The notes under the pieces were generated by a model. That model had not been told where the DNA came from. It was given only the letters and a program-made list of their open reading frames with translations, and made no database searches. The position numbers were made by a program, and so were the translations under genes. Positions 30,506 through 39,956 of a stretch of 64,000 nucleotides of DNA are shown in pieces. Source of the stretch: an uncultured Candidatus Saccharibacteria bacterium (GTDB taxonomy: Bacteria > Patescibacteriota > Minisyncoccia > Phycocordibacterales > UBA9973); assembly GCA_964456475.1 (NCBI GenBank), contig CAYVZI010000004.1:7604-71603 (forward strand), given 5' to 3'. Every line of letters begins with the position of its first letter. Positions within the stretch are counted from its first letter, which is position 1.

Positions 30506-30775
30506 TTATGTTTTCGTGTTTTTTTGATCTAGTGGTTCAGGTACCAAATCGACACCTGGCTCGTTTCTTGGATTACACCTCCAGATTCGCTGTGTTCCAA
30601 GCCAAAACCCCTTAAAAACACCGTACATAACGATGGCTTGCTTCATATACTCAGAACATGTTGGATAATACATACAGACCTTCTTTTGTACGCCAAAATA
30701 GCGGGGGAGCAACCCCTGATCGAAAGACAAATATTTCTGGTAGAAGGAAATTGTTTTGATTAAAAGATATCTCAT
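30506..30775 (-). CDS. yidD: membrane protein insertion efficiency factor YidD
   Basis: YYPTCSEYMKQAI ... WRCNP signature of the YidD/haemolytic-domain family; operon position. Confidence 0.8.
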   Translation of the reverse strand: MRYLLIKTISFYQKYLSFDQGLLPRYFGVQKKVCMYYPTCSEYMKQAIVMYGVFKGFWLGTQRIWRCNPRNEPGVDLVPEPLDQKNTKT

Positions 30776-31116
30776 TCTTTATAGATTTTTGCCTGAAGGA
30801 ATATATTTTTCAGTTCTTCTCTTAAAACGGGGATAGGAGTTGTCTGGTCGGCAACCCCATACGATATGAGAATTACCGCTCTTGGGGACAGGTGGGGTAT
30901 AAGTGGCGAAACCGCGCTATAGCCCCGTCGACGGAGTTTGTTTCTAAGAACTGCCTTGGGGGCTATCTTTTTTGAAGCTGAAAATGATACTTGTGGAGCA
31001 GTATTTCCAGGAATTTCAGTATATAAAACAAGAAAGCGCGAAGTTTTCAACCTTCGGCCTCTTAGGAGATGCTTTTCTATGGTTAGCTTCGAAACTCGAG
31101 AGATTTTAGGAAGCAT
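30772..31116 (-). CDS. rnpA: ribonuclease P protein component RnpA
   Basis: Basic 114-aa protein, KKIAPKAVLRNKLRRR motif, directly downstream of rpmH. Confidence 0.8.
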   Translation of the reverse strand: MLPKISRVSKLTIEKHLLRGRRLKTSRFLVLYTEIPGNTAPQVSFSASKKIAPKAVLRNKLRRRGYSAVSPLIPHLSPRAVILISYGVADQTTPIPVLREELKNIFLQAKIYKE

Positions 31117-31249
31117 ATAGTTTATGGGAGAAATTTCGCAGGTAGATGCAGTTCAAGGCGCGAGTGAGGCTTCCAACTAAAATGTACTTAGATATACATT
31201 GCAGGAGGAAACGAGTGAGCAACGCGGAAATGCGCTATCTGTGGAATTT

Positions 31250-31384
31250 CTAAACAGCTAGTTTAGCTCGACCCTTCTTACGGCGAGTAGCCAAGACTTT
31301 GCGTCCTGATGTTGTTTTTGATCGAACGAGGAAACCGTGAGTGGTTGCTCGCTTTCGCTTTTTTGGTTTATAGGTGAAAGACAT
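31250..31384 (-). CDS. rpmH: 50S ribosomal protein L34
   Basis: [44 protein letters not shown] is a near-canonical bL34; ORF-track N-terminal extension rejected. Confidence 0.9.
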   Translation of the reverse strand: MSFTYKPKKRKRATTHGFLVRSKTTSGRKVLATRRKKGRAKLAV

Positions 31385-31441
31385 GGAGCCAATATAGCAT
31401 AAAATCACCAGAACACAAGGAGGGTAGGGGCAAGGCGCCAA

Positions 31442-31596
31442 AAGGTGATTCTAGTGTTTTTTTGCTTTTATGTTCTCTTGTTAATTTGCTTTAGCGTTCT
31501 TTTGTTCTCGTGGTATATTATTTATCCCCATGTTATACACAGACTTACGCAGTTTTTCACATTAGTAATAATAATCACGACCTATATAATCGGCTT
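31442..31596. promoter_or_regulatory. rpmH/dnaA divergent intergenic region with DnaA-box-like sites (TTATCCCCA about 31522-31530; TTATACACA about 31533-31541)
   Basis: Two 8/9 matches to TTATCCACA in an AT-rich spacer upstream of dnaA. Confidence 0.4.
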
Positions 31597-32958
31597 ATGG
31601 ATACAAAAGAGCTCTGGGATCACTGTTTAGTTGAAATTGAGAGTGAGGTTTCTAAGGCAAATTTCAGTACCTGGTTCAAACAAACATCTCTTGTAAAAGA
31701 AGATGCGGGGACTGTCTATGTAGGTGTCCCAAATGAATTCGTCAAAGACTGGCTCTCAAACAAATTTCACAAGCTCATCATGCGCGTACTCCGAAACGCA
31801 TGGGAACATACACGAAATGTGGAATATATGGTGGTGAAAGGTGACCCAAAGACTCATCGTATAGAAACATCCACTCAACTAAAACCCGATTTTGCAGTAA
31901 ACACAGAACTTCCTCTCAAAGACCTCTACGTAAACAAAGATGACAACCTCAACCCTAGATATACGTTTGATACGTTTATTGTAGGCTCTTTCAATGAGCT
32001 TGCGTATGCAGCTACTCAAGCTGCTGTTGCTCGACCAGGCAAGCAATACAACCCTCTTTTTATTTATGGATCTTCTGGTCTAGGAAAAACCCACCTTATT
32101 CAAGCAGTGGGTAATGCAATCAAAGAAAAATATCCTGAAAAGAAAGTATATTACATAACTCAAGAAAAATTTGCGGTTGATTATATCAATTCAGTTCAAT
32201 CAAACCGTGGAGCAGGAAATACTTTTAAAGAAAAATATCGTAAATACGACGCTATTATCATTGACGACGTGCAATTGGTAGGGAAGACAGAAAAAACACA
32301 GGAGGAACTCTTTCACCTATTTAATAGTTACCACGAAGCGGGTAAGCAGATTGTATTTTCTTCTGATAAACACCCTAACTTTATTCCAGGACTCGAAGAT
32401 CGTATGCGCACTCGATTTGCTCAAGGTATGATTGTAGATATTACCGAGCCTGAATATGAGTCTCGTATCGCAATCCTTAAAGCAAAAACCCAAGAGCTTG
32501 GTATTAGTCTCCCAGACGAAATATTGGAATACATTGCTAGTGTTATAGCTGGTAATGTTCGCGAGCTCGAGGGGAGTTTAAATGCTATTGTCTTGCAATC
32601 CCAACTAAAAGGACGTTTTCCAACACTCTTAGAAACAAAGAATCTCCTTAAAAATAGCGTAAAACAAAAAAAGACTGCTTCCGTAAAAGAAGTGGTCAAG
32701 ACGATTGCTGATTTTTATAGTGTAGAAGAGGCTTCTATTTATGAAAAGACTCGTCGTAAAGAAATTGTAAAAGTCCGTCAGATAGTAATGTTTATCCTCC
32801 GAGAAGATTTTAATGTATCCTATCCTTTAATTGGTCAAAAACTTGGAGGAAAAGACCATACGACTGTGATTCACTCATGTTTGAAAATCAAGAATGATAT
32901 TAAGAATGATATGTTGATTGCCCAAGAAGTTGATCAAATACGTGCTTTGTTTAAATAA
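31597..32958 (+). CDS. dnaA: chromosomal replication initiator protein DnaA
   Basis: AAA+ Walker A GSSGLGKTHL, Walker B IIIDDVQ, domain IV GGKDHTTVIHSCLKI; start set at MDTKELWDHCLVEIE. Confidence 0.9.
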   Translation: MDTKELWDHCLVEIESEVSKANFSTWFKQTSLVKEDAGTVYVGVPNEFVKDWLSNKFHKLIMRVLRNAWEHTRNVEYMVVKGDPKTHRIETSTQLKPDFAVNTELPLKDLYVNKDDNLNPRYTFDTFIVGSFNELAYAATQAAVARPGKQYNPLFIYGSSGLGKTHLIQAVGNAIKEKYPEKKVYYITQEKFAVDYINSVQSNRGAGNTFKEKYRKYDAIIIDDVQLVGKTEKTQEELFHLFNSYHEAGKQIVFSSDKHPNFIPGLEDRMRTRFAQGMIVDITEPEYESRIAILKAKTQELGISLPDEILEYIASVIAGNVRELEGSLNAIVLQSQLKGRFPTLLETKNLLKNSVKQKKTASVKEVVKTIADFYSVEEASIYEKTRRKEIVKVRQIVMFILREDFNVSYPLIGQKLGGKDHTTVIHSCLKIKNDIKNDMLIAQEVDQIRALFK

Positions 32959-33181
32959 ATGTAAGTTAAACAGGTTTCAGTGTAAAAAAACAAAGAACTG
33001 GGTAAAAGTATGTGGAAAGGTGGTGTGAATAATTGTGTTTAGTGTGAATAAAGGAATCTATAATTTAGTAAAAAATAAAATGGTGTGTATAAACTACGAG
33101 TTTCAAAATGGTTACTAACAGTAAAATGTTATAAAGGTTATACACATGTATAAGTTTTGTGGATAAGTTACAATATATAAT
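32959..33181. promoter_or_regulatory. candidate oriC: AT-rich dnaA-dnaN intergenic region with at least 5 DnaA-box-like 9-mers
   Basis: TGTGGATAA (perfect, about 33158-33166), TTATACACA (about 33138-33146), TGTGAATAA x2 (about 33024-33032, 33043-33051), TGTGTATAA (about 33084-33092). Confidence 0.5.
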
Positions 33182-33745
33182 ATGATTGATTTCAACCAGC
33201 TATACAAATGGGTAAAAATTGAAACTGGTATTGATAGACAAGAGATTGTATCAAAAACCAGAAAACAGAAGGTTGTTACTGCTCGAGCGTTGTTTATTAC
33301 AATGGCTTCAAAAACTGGGTTCTCGTATAGTTCTATAGCAAAAGAATTAAAAAGAGATCATACTTCTATTTTACACCTTATAAATACACGCTCTGAATCA
33401 GAATTTATAAATAGAGTAGTAGGGAAATATGATTTAGAAATAAAAAAAAATTATTCCAATAATGAAGAAAAAATTAAACAACAATTACGATTTAGAGGAT
33501 TAACAAATGGTAAAAATTCTTATAAGTCGGTTTATGAGAAATATAATGGTAAATGTATGGTTTGTAGTTTTGATGAAGTTGTAGAAATTCATCATATAAT
33601 TCCAAGATATTTAGGTGGTAGTGATGAATTAGAAAATCTTGCATTGCTTTGTCCCAACCATCACGCATTAGCTGACAGGGGAGCAATTCAAATTAAAGGA
33701 AAATTGGAACTTATCCACCAAGAAATTGGTAATCCACAGGGTTAA
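33182..33745 (+). CDS. fusion of a DnaA domain-IV-like DNA-binding HTH with an HNH endonuclease
   Basis: N-terminus KVVTARALFITMASKTGFSYSSIAKELKRDHTSILHLIN parallels DnaA domain IV of the adjacent dnaA (KEIVKVRQIVMFILREDFNVSYPLIGQKLGGKDHTTVIHSCL); C-terminus CMVCSFDEVVEIHHIIPRYLGGSDELENLALLCPNHHALAD is an HNH motif. Confidence 0.65.
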   Translation: MIDFNQLYKWVKIETGIDRQEIVSKTRKQKVVTARALFITMASKTGFSYSSIAKELKRDHTSILHLINTRSESEFINRVVGKYDLEIKKNYSNNEEKIKQQLRFRGLTNGKNSYKSVYEKYNGKCMVCSFDEVVEIHHIIPRYLGGSDELENLALLCPNHHALADRGAIQIKGKLELIHQEIGNPQG

Positions 33746-33768
33746 TAGTAATAGTAATTTATATATAT

Positions 33769-34866
33769 ATGATATTCGAAACTACTGTTGAAAAGCTGAT
33801 TGGAGTAATAGAGAATGCAGATCGGGTAACAGCTCGAAACGCATCTCTTCCAGCACTTGGTACAATCCTACTTGTTGTTTCTGGAACAACCTTAAAAATA
33901 CGTGCGACCAACTTAAGCTTGGGTGTCGAGTTTGAACTTCAAATTAAAAAAGAAAAAGATGGAGTCACTGCAATTGATGGAAAAACACTTTACACATTTC
34001 TTAATACACTCCCAAAAAACGAAAAGATTAAAATAGCACAAGAGGATTCTATTCTTACACTCACTACGGCTCACAATAAAACCACAATCAAAACCCACCC
34101 ATACGAAGATTTTCCAACCCTCCCTTCAGTTTCGGGTACCACAATCCAAATTCCCCAGAAAGAATTTATTCGTGGAATAAAGAATACTTATTTTTCAGCA
34201 GCAGTTTCAGACATAAAACCCGAGATTGCGAGTGTGTATATGGCCTCAAATGAAAATGTTCTTTATTTTGTTGCTACAGACTCATTTCGACTTGCAGAGA
34301 AGAAAGAAAATTTAAAGAGAGCTGTAGAGTTTTCCCCAATTCTCATACCATACAAAAATTGTATTGAAATTGTGCGTATTCTTGAAAATACAACCGAAGA
34401 AATAACTCTTTCTATATCTGAAAACCAAATAGCAATTATGGTTTCTGGTGTATATATTACTTCAAGACTTACTTCAGGGAGTTTTCCGGATTACAAACAA
34501 ATTATCCCCAAAGAGTTTCAAACCGAAATTATTGTATTAAAACAAGATCTTCTTAATACTTTAAAAGCAGCAAATATTTTTTCCGACAAGTTTAATCAAG
34601 TAACTTTTTCTATCACCCCTTCAAAGAAAAAGTTTGAATGTATATCAAAAAACAGCGATGTAGGCGAATATTCCGGTGTTATAGACGCTACACTTACCGG
34701 AGATGACGTCTCAATCTCTCTCAATCAACGCTATTTGATTGAATGTCTCTCATTCATCCCTCAAGACAGTATTGCAATTGGATTGAATGGCGGGGCAAAA
34801 GCGGTCGTTATACGCGGTGTGGGAGATAACTCGTTTACATACCTTCTTATGCCGATGAATCGTTAG
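33769..34866 (+). CDS. dnaN: DNA polymerase III beta sliding clamp DnaN
   Basis: 365-aa three-domain clamp-like protein directly after dnaA; C-terminal LLMPMN-like end. Confidence 0.85.
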   Translation: MIFETTVEKLIGVIENADRVTARNASLPALGTILLVVSGTTLKIRATNLSLGVEFELQIKKEKDGVTAIDGKTLYTFLNTLPKNEKIKIAQEDSILTLTTAHNKTTIKTHPYEDFPTLPSVSGTTIQIPQKEFIRGIKNTYFSAAVSDIKPEIASVYMASNENVLYFVATDSFRLAEKKENLKRAVEFSPILIPYKNCIEIVRILENTTEEITLSISENQIAIMVSGVYITSRLTSGSFPDYKQIIPKEFQTEIIVLKQDLLNTLKAANIFSDKFNQVTFSITPSKKKFECISKNSDVGEYSGVIDATLTGDDVSISLNQRYLIECLSFIPQDSIAIGLNGGAKAVVIRGVGDNSFTYLLMPMNR

Positions 34867-34888
34867 AAAATAAAAAATTAAAAGAAAA

Positions 34889-35149
34889 ATGAAAAGATTA
34901 GGGGATTTTTTAGAACGATTTATTAAACTTGCTCAATCGAGTGATGATGCAAAACAAGCAGTTGTTGATTCTTTGGTAAAAAACGGGATTCGATACAGTG
35001 GGGGAATCGATACAATTACAGTTCGAGGAACTGTTGCTACACTGAAATTAAGTCCCATTCAAAAAAGTGAAATCGCAATGAAACAAAAAAAGATACTTGC
35101 GACACTAGCCGAAAATCCTATAACAAAACACATCACTATAGTGAGATAA
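34889..35149 (+). CDS. DUF721/DciA-like small protein (putative helicase-loading factor)
   Basis: 86 aa; pattern VRGTVATLKLSPIQKSEIAMKQKKILATLAEN...ITIV fits the DUF721 layout; position right after dnaN as in many genomes. Confidence 0.4.
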   Translation: MKRLGDFLERFIKLAQSSDDAKQAVVDSLVKNGIRYSGGIDTITVRGTVATLKLSPIQKSEIAMKQKKILATLAENPITKHITIVR

Positions 35150-35182
35150 AAAAACCAGCGCCTTAGGCGCTGGTTTTTAACT
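35150..35182. terminator. bidirectional rho-independent terminator (aaccagcgcc-ttag-gcgctggtt, A-run/T-run)
   Basis: Perfect 9-bp GC-rich stem flanked by aaaaa and ttttt between convergent genes. Confidence 0.6.
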
Positions 35183-35209
35183 TTATAAACTTTATAAACT
35201 TTATAACCT

Positions 35210-37729
35210 TCAACTTATAATAATGTTCACATTCGCCGTTCCTGTGGATTCTACAGTATCAGTTCCAATAATCATCAATGAGTTTATACCCACCTGGATA
35301 TTTGGAATTTGATTTGGGGTGAAGGTAAAAGTAGGGGACGTACCATTTGCTGTTCCTACATACACATTACTCAAAAAGACATCTATTTTTTTGAGTGGAA
35401 ACTTTCCATTTGATGTTACTGAAACAGTTACAAGACTGTTTTCTGAAACAATACTCCCTTCTATCGGGCTCACTATTGAAATGTGAGGCATGTTTTCTTG
35501 GGTATGTATATCATCAAATGATGTTGGTTTTTGAGCCTCTGTTATGATTGTGTATGCTGAACTGTTTACTCTCCACCAATCTTGTACAGCTGTTTCCCAG
35601 TTGTGGTACAACCCCTCATCACGGGAATTTCCAAGACTGCGAGGGTTTGATCTATTTACCCAATGGAGAATGTCGTGTACATCAGTTATTACGTATTCTT
35701 TTCTTGTTGTCTTAGGTGTAAAAGCAGTAGCGAGTTTGCCAGATATCGTATCAATAACATAACTTGTTCCACCCTGCCAGTATCCACGAAGTACTGGAGG
35801 TAGGGTTTCGTATTCTGGATCAATTTCTGGTTTTTCAAATGTTTCCAAAGGGTATGACTTTAATGCCTCAGCCATAAATTGGTGCCAAATTGGCGATCCT
35901 GTAATTCCTTTGTATAGCGGAGTATTGTCGTTTAATCCAGCCCACACACCAGCAACAAGTGACGGTGTATACCCAATTGTCCAAAGGTCTTTAAAATCGT
36001 TTGTAGTACCTGTTTTTGCCGCTACTTGCCGATCAGAGAAATAGAGAGGGGATGTTGGTCCGAATGTTAGTCGACGAGCATTGTTGTCTGAGAGAACATC
36101 ACTTATTTGCAAAGTCACATTTTTTGGAAGAACTTGAGTGGAGCTGTCTTTGTATGATTCAAGAATAGTTCCACTATTGTTTGTTACAGAAAGAATTCCA
36201 GTACTTTGACGCGCTGTTCCACCATTTGCAAAAACACTATACGCAGAAATTTGATCGACAAGTTTTACTTCTCCTCCTCCAAGAACAAGAGAAAGGCCGT
36301 ATCGACTTGCATCATTGAGAGAGGTGATACCCAGATCCTTTGCTGTTTTTATGGTATTTGGAATTCCAACCATATAAAGCATTTTCACCGCAGGAACGTT
36401 GATGGAGCTTCCGAGTGCTGTACGGATATCCATTGGGCCAGAGTACCTCTCATAATCAACTGGCATGTAACAAGCGCTCTGAGGAGCACCATTTAGGGGT
36501 CGGCTGTATGGGTCGCATCGTGTGCTAAATTCCGTAGGAACATCAAACAAGACAGTATCTGGAGTGTACCCTTGTTTGAAGGCTGTAGCATACATATATG
36601 GCTTAAATGAAGAGCCTGGTTGGCGAAGAGCTGTTGCAACATTGAAATTACCGTCGATTTCTTTGTCGAAGTAATCTCGCGATCCGACCATGACGAGAAT
36701 CTGCCCAGTTTTTGGGTCTGCCGCGACAAGTGCTGCATTGAGTTTTGCAACCGCTTGTTTGCGGGCTCCTATCGTGTAATCTGCAACAGCCTTTTCTGCA
36801 ATCTGTTGCAGATTGTAATCAAGAGTCGTAATCACTTTTAAACCTCCAGATTCAACCATATCTACACCGTATTTTTGTTCAAGATATCCCTTGATAAAAA
36901 AAACAAAATGAGGAGCTTTGATACCGTTTGATTTTTGGGGATTCCAGACCACTTGTTCTGCTTTGGCTTCTGTAAACTGTGCTTCGGTAATAAATCCAAG
37001 CTCGTATTCACGTGACAGAACCAAGTTTTTACGTTTTTCTAACTCGTCTTTGTGCGATCCGTATGGAGAGTAACGAGTCGGTGCATTTGGGATCGAAGCA
37101 AGATATGCTGACTCTGCAATCGTTAGGTCTGCTGGGTTTTTACCAAAAAATGCTTGAGATGCCTCTTGAATTCCAAAAATATTTCCACCATACGGAATTT
37201 GATTGAGATAAATTGCTAAAATATCTTCCTTTCCATATTCTCTCTCAAGTTTAAGAGCAAGAATTATTTCCTTGAGTTTTCGAATAATAGTTTTTTCGCT
37301 CGTGAGCAAAGTCTGCTTGATTACTTGCTGGGTGATAGTGGATCCTCCTTGTCCGATAACACCAGGAATAATGCGAAGGTTTACAAGAACAGCACGAAGA
37401 AATGATTTTGGACGGAAGCCTCGATGGTTGTAGAACTCTGAATCTTCAATAGCAACTGTCGCGTTTTTGATATGTACCCCCATCTCTGCGTTTGTGATAG
37501 AAGTACGTCTTGCATCAGAACCCAGGTCGTACAACACAATCTCTCCCGTGCGGTCATAAATTTTGGTGGAATTTACCTGTTTTCGCGTTTCGAAGGAAGT
37601 GAAGTCAGGGAGACGGATAAAGCTAATCCAAATGATTGCTATACCAAAAATAAAGGCTCCAACACCAAGCGTGGTAAAGAAAACATTACGAATATGATGT
37701 TTTGAAATTTTTTGTAAGTGCTGTTTCAT
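35210..37729 (-). CDS. ponA: class A penicillin-binding protein (bifunctional transglycosylase/transpeptidase, PBP1A-like) with extra C-terminal domain
   Basis: GT51 motifs EDSEFYNHRGF and RKLKE; transpeptidase SSFKP, SxN, KTGTT; N-terminal TM; start trimmed to MKQHLQKISKHH (37729) to avoid overlap with tyrS. Confidence 0.85.
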   Translation of the reverse strand: MKQHLQKISKHHIRNVFFTTLGVGAFIFGIAIIWISFIRLPDFTSFETRKQVNSTKIYDRTGEIVLYDLGSDARRTSITNAEMGVHIKNATVAIEDSEFYNHRGFRPKSFLRAVLVNLRIIPGVIGQGGSTITQQVIKQTLLTSEKTIIRKLKEIILALKLEREYGKEDILAIYLNQIPYGGNIFGIQEASQAFFGKNPADLTIAESAYLASIPNAPTRYSPYGSHKDELEKRKNLVLSREYELGFITEAQFTEAKAEQVVWNPQKSNGIKAPHFVFFIKGYLEQKYGVDMVESGGLKVITTLDYNLQQIAEKAVADYTIGARKQAVAKLNAALVAADPKTGQILVMVGSRDYFDKEIDGNFNVATALRQPGSSFKPYMYATAFKQGYTPDTVLFDVPTEFSTRCDPYSRPLNGAPQSACYMPVDYERYSGPMDIRTALGSSINVPAVKMLYMVGIPNTIKTAKDLGITSLNDASRYGLSLVLGGGEVKLVDQISAYSVFANGGTARQSTGILSVTNNSGTILESYKDSSTQVLPKNVTLQISDVLSDNNARRLTFGPTSPLYFSDRQVAAKTGTTNDFKDLWTIGYTPSLVAGVWAGLNDNTPLYKGITGSPIWHQFMAEALKSYPLETFEKPEIDPEYETLPPVLRGYWQGGTSYVIDTISGKLATAFTPKTTRKEYVITDVHDILHWVNRSNPRSLGNSRDEGLYHNWETAVQDWWRVNSSAYTIITEAQKPTSFDDIHTQENMPHISIVSPIEGSIVSENSLVTVSVTSNGKFPLKKIDVFLSNVYVGTANGTSPTFTFTPNQIPNIQVGINSLMIIGTDTVESTGTANVNIIIS

Positions 37730-37787
37730 ATACTCATAATAGCATGTTCGAAAGGACAAAAAAGACCTTTTGTGGTAAAGTGTTTTT

Positions 37788-39155
37788 ATGAAATCGATAG
37801 ATATTGAAGAGTTGTTTTCTCGCGGAGTTGCGAGCTTTATTGATCCCGACAATTCATTCCGAAAGAAAATTGAAGCCAAAATTGCCGGCACATACAACAA
37901 GGACATCATCATTAAGCTTGGTATGGATCCAACTCGTCCAGATATTCACCTCGGTCACGCAGTGATTCTGCGCAAACTTCGCCAATTTCAAGATGTGGGC
38001 TGTAAAGTTGTTTTTCTGATTGGTGACTATACAACAATGATTGGAGACCCTACAGGCAAAAACAAGACTCGACCAGAATTGAGTCAGCAAGAAATCGAGA
38101 GAAATATGAAGACATATCTTGAGCAAGCAGGGAAGATTCTATCCCTTGATGCGAAGGTTTTTTCTTGGATACGAAATTCTGATTGGTTTCTGAATGTGAC
38201 CGATATTATTCCCGGAGACCCCAATACTTCTATTCGTGTTGGTTCTGGACTTGGTTTTGTCAAAGCCGGCTCGTTTCTTGGTAAGGCAAAAATCTTTGAT
38301 GATTCACGAATGCAAGCTACTCATTTGAAAAAAGACAAAACCCTAACGGTTAGTTTTACAAATGTATTGTCTACTCTTCGTCATATTACTCACGCAAGAC
38401 TCATCGAGCGTGATATGTTTCAAGAAAGACTTTCAAACGGGGGAGAGTTGTACATGCACGAAATGCTCTACCCTGTGTTGCAAGGTATCGATTCATTCGC
38501 GCTTGCGAATATCTACGGCTCGTGCGACTTAGAAATTGGGGGAACCGATCAAACCTTCAACATGCTTATGGGTCGTGATGTAATGCGCATGAATAAGCAA
38601 GACGAACAGGGGGTTATGTCCCTCGATATCCTCGAAGGACTTGATGGAAATGAGAAGATGAGTAAGTCATTAGACAATTATGTGGGAATTACTGACGCGC
38701 CGAACGACATGTATGGTAAAATACTTTCAATTCCAGATACTCTTATTCCAAGATATTTTGCACTCGCAACCTACACACCCCTTTCTGAAGTCGAGGAGAT
38801 AGAAAAATCTCTCGCTTCAAAAAATCCACGTGACGCAAAAATGCGACTCGCTCGAGAAATCGTCGCAATATATCATGGAGAAGGAGCTTCTCAGTCTGCT
38901 GAGACTCACTTTGTTGAAACATTTTCAGAAAAAAAGATTCCCGAAAACGTTCCGGAAATAGAAGGTGATTTTACAACGATTATCGATGCTATGATGCAGG
39001 CGGAATGTGCAGATTCAAAATCTGAAGCACGACGACTGGTGGAGGCTGGTGCGGTGACACATCTTGAAAGCGATGTGAAAATAACCGACCCAAACCAAAA
39101 ACCCGAAAAAGGAACATATCGAGTAGGGAAGTTGCGGTTCTTTAGGATTCGATAA
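37788..39155 (+). CDS. tyrS: tyrosine--tRNA ligase (with C-terminal S4 domain)
   Basis: HIGH region GMDPTRPDIHLGHAV, KMSKS (EKMSKSLDN), C-terminal S4-like ARRLVEAGAVTHLE. Confidence 0.8.
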   Translation: MKSIDIEELFSRGVASFIDPDNSFRKKIEAKIAGTYNKDIIIKLGMDPTRPDIHLGHAVILRKLRQFQDVGCKVVFLIGDYTTMIGDPTGKNKTRPELSQQEIERNMKTYLEQAGKILSLDAKVFSWIRNSDWFLNVTDIIPGDPNTSIRVGSGLGFVKAGSFLGKAKIFDDSRMQATHLKKDKTLTVSFTNVLSTLRHITHARLIERDMFQERLSNGGELYMHEMLYPVLQGIDSFALANIYGSCDLEIGGTDQTFNMLMGRDVMRMNKQDEQGVMSLDILEGLDGNEKMSKSLDNYVGITDAPNDMYGKILSIPDTLIPRYFALATYTPLSEVEEIEKSLASKNPRDAKMRLAREIVAIYHGEGASQSAETHFVETFSEKKIPENVPEIEGDFTTIIDAMMQAECADSKSEARRLVEAGAVTHLESDVKITDPNQKPEKGTYRVGKLRFFRIR

Positions 39156-39157
39156 AT

Positions 39158-39192
39158 AAAAAGCCTCGCTTTAAGCGAGGCTTTTTATTTTA
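39158..39192. terminator. bidirectional rho-independent terminator (aaaaagcctcgctt-taa-gcgaggcttttt)
   Basis: Perfect stem flanked by A-run and T-run between tyrS (+) and the minus-strand operon. Confidence 0.6.
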
Positions 39193-39378
39193 GAGATCTG
39201 CAGTTGGCAAGTCACTCTCGTCATCATCTTCGTCATCAGCGAGAAGGTCGTCGTCTGCGACTCCGAGATCGTCTGCAAGGAACTCATCATCGATGTCAGT
39301 ATCGTCATCACTGAGAGCGCTACCTGTAAATTCTGGATCTTCGTCAGAAGGGCGAATGTTGTCTTCTTCAAATTGCAT
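39190..39378 (-). CDS. highly acidic small protein (Asp-rich, 62 aa), hypothetical; last gene of the ruvB-ruvC operon
   Basis: MQFEEDNIRPSDEDPEFTGSALSDDDTDIDDEFLADDLGVADDDLLADDEDDDESDLPTADL; co-directional 92 bp downstream of ruvC, terminator follows. Confidence 0.35.
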   Translation of the reverse strand: MQFEEDNIRPSDEDPEFTGSALSDDDTDIDDEFLADDLGVADDDLLADDEDDDESDLPTADL

Positions 39379-39470
39379 ACTATTTTTATAAGTTACTTAT
39401 AATATCCTCCATTTGTAACAGATAGTGATTTTCTCCGCAAGACATTTTTTTAACGAAAGTGTGGATAACA

Positions 39471-39947
39471 TCACCCCTTCTTTACGTATGCGAATGCAGT
39501 GAGTGCTACAGCTATTGCATCGACTTCGTCATCGATCATTTTTCGAGTGGGGAGCTTGATTAGTCGAGGCACCATATCCATAATTGCTCTCTTGTCGCTC
39601 TTGCCATATCCAGTCACTGCAACTTTGATTTCAAGTGGAGTGTATTCGTGTATCGAGAGTTTTGCACGTGCTCCTTCATAGAGAATCACTCCTCGAGCTT
39701 CGGCTACCACCATCGCCGTTTTTGTATTGGTTTCAAAAAAAAGTTTTTCAATTGCCATGCCATCAGGCTTGTATTCGGAGATAATTTTTGCGATTTCTTC
39801 TCCTACTAAAACGAGGCGGTCGGTATGTGAAAGCTTGGAAGATGTCTTGAAGCACTCAGAAAAAAGGAATGTTTCCTTCCCGGCGATTCGTTCTATCACT
39901 GCGATTCCAACACGTTCTATACCAGGATCTATTCCGAGGATAATCAT
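39471..39947 (-). CDS. ruvC: crossover junction endodeoxyribonuclease RuvC
   Basis: MIILGIDPGIERVGIAVIE N-terminus and RNase-H-like catalytic layout, 158 aa. Confidence 0.85.
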   Translation of the reverse strand: MIILGIDPGIERVGIAVIERIAGKETFLFSECFKTSSKLSHTDRLVLVGEEIAKIISEYKPDGMAIEKLFFETNTKTAMVVAEARGVILYEGARAKLSIHEYTPLEIKVAVTGYGKSDKRAIMDMVPRLIKLPTRKMIDDEVDAIAVALTAFAYVKKG

Positions 39948-39956
39948 AGTTCAATT

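Noticed and set aside
31385-31441. 19-codon N-terminal extension of rpmH in the ORF track
   Set aside because: L34 is about 44-46 aa everywhere; the canonical MSFTYKP start is internal to the ORF.
37730-37912. N-terminal extension of the PBP1A ORF overlapping tyrS
   Set aside because: A start at MKQHLQ (37729) preserves the TM anchor and removes the overlap with the tyrS start at 37788.
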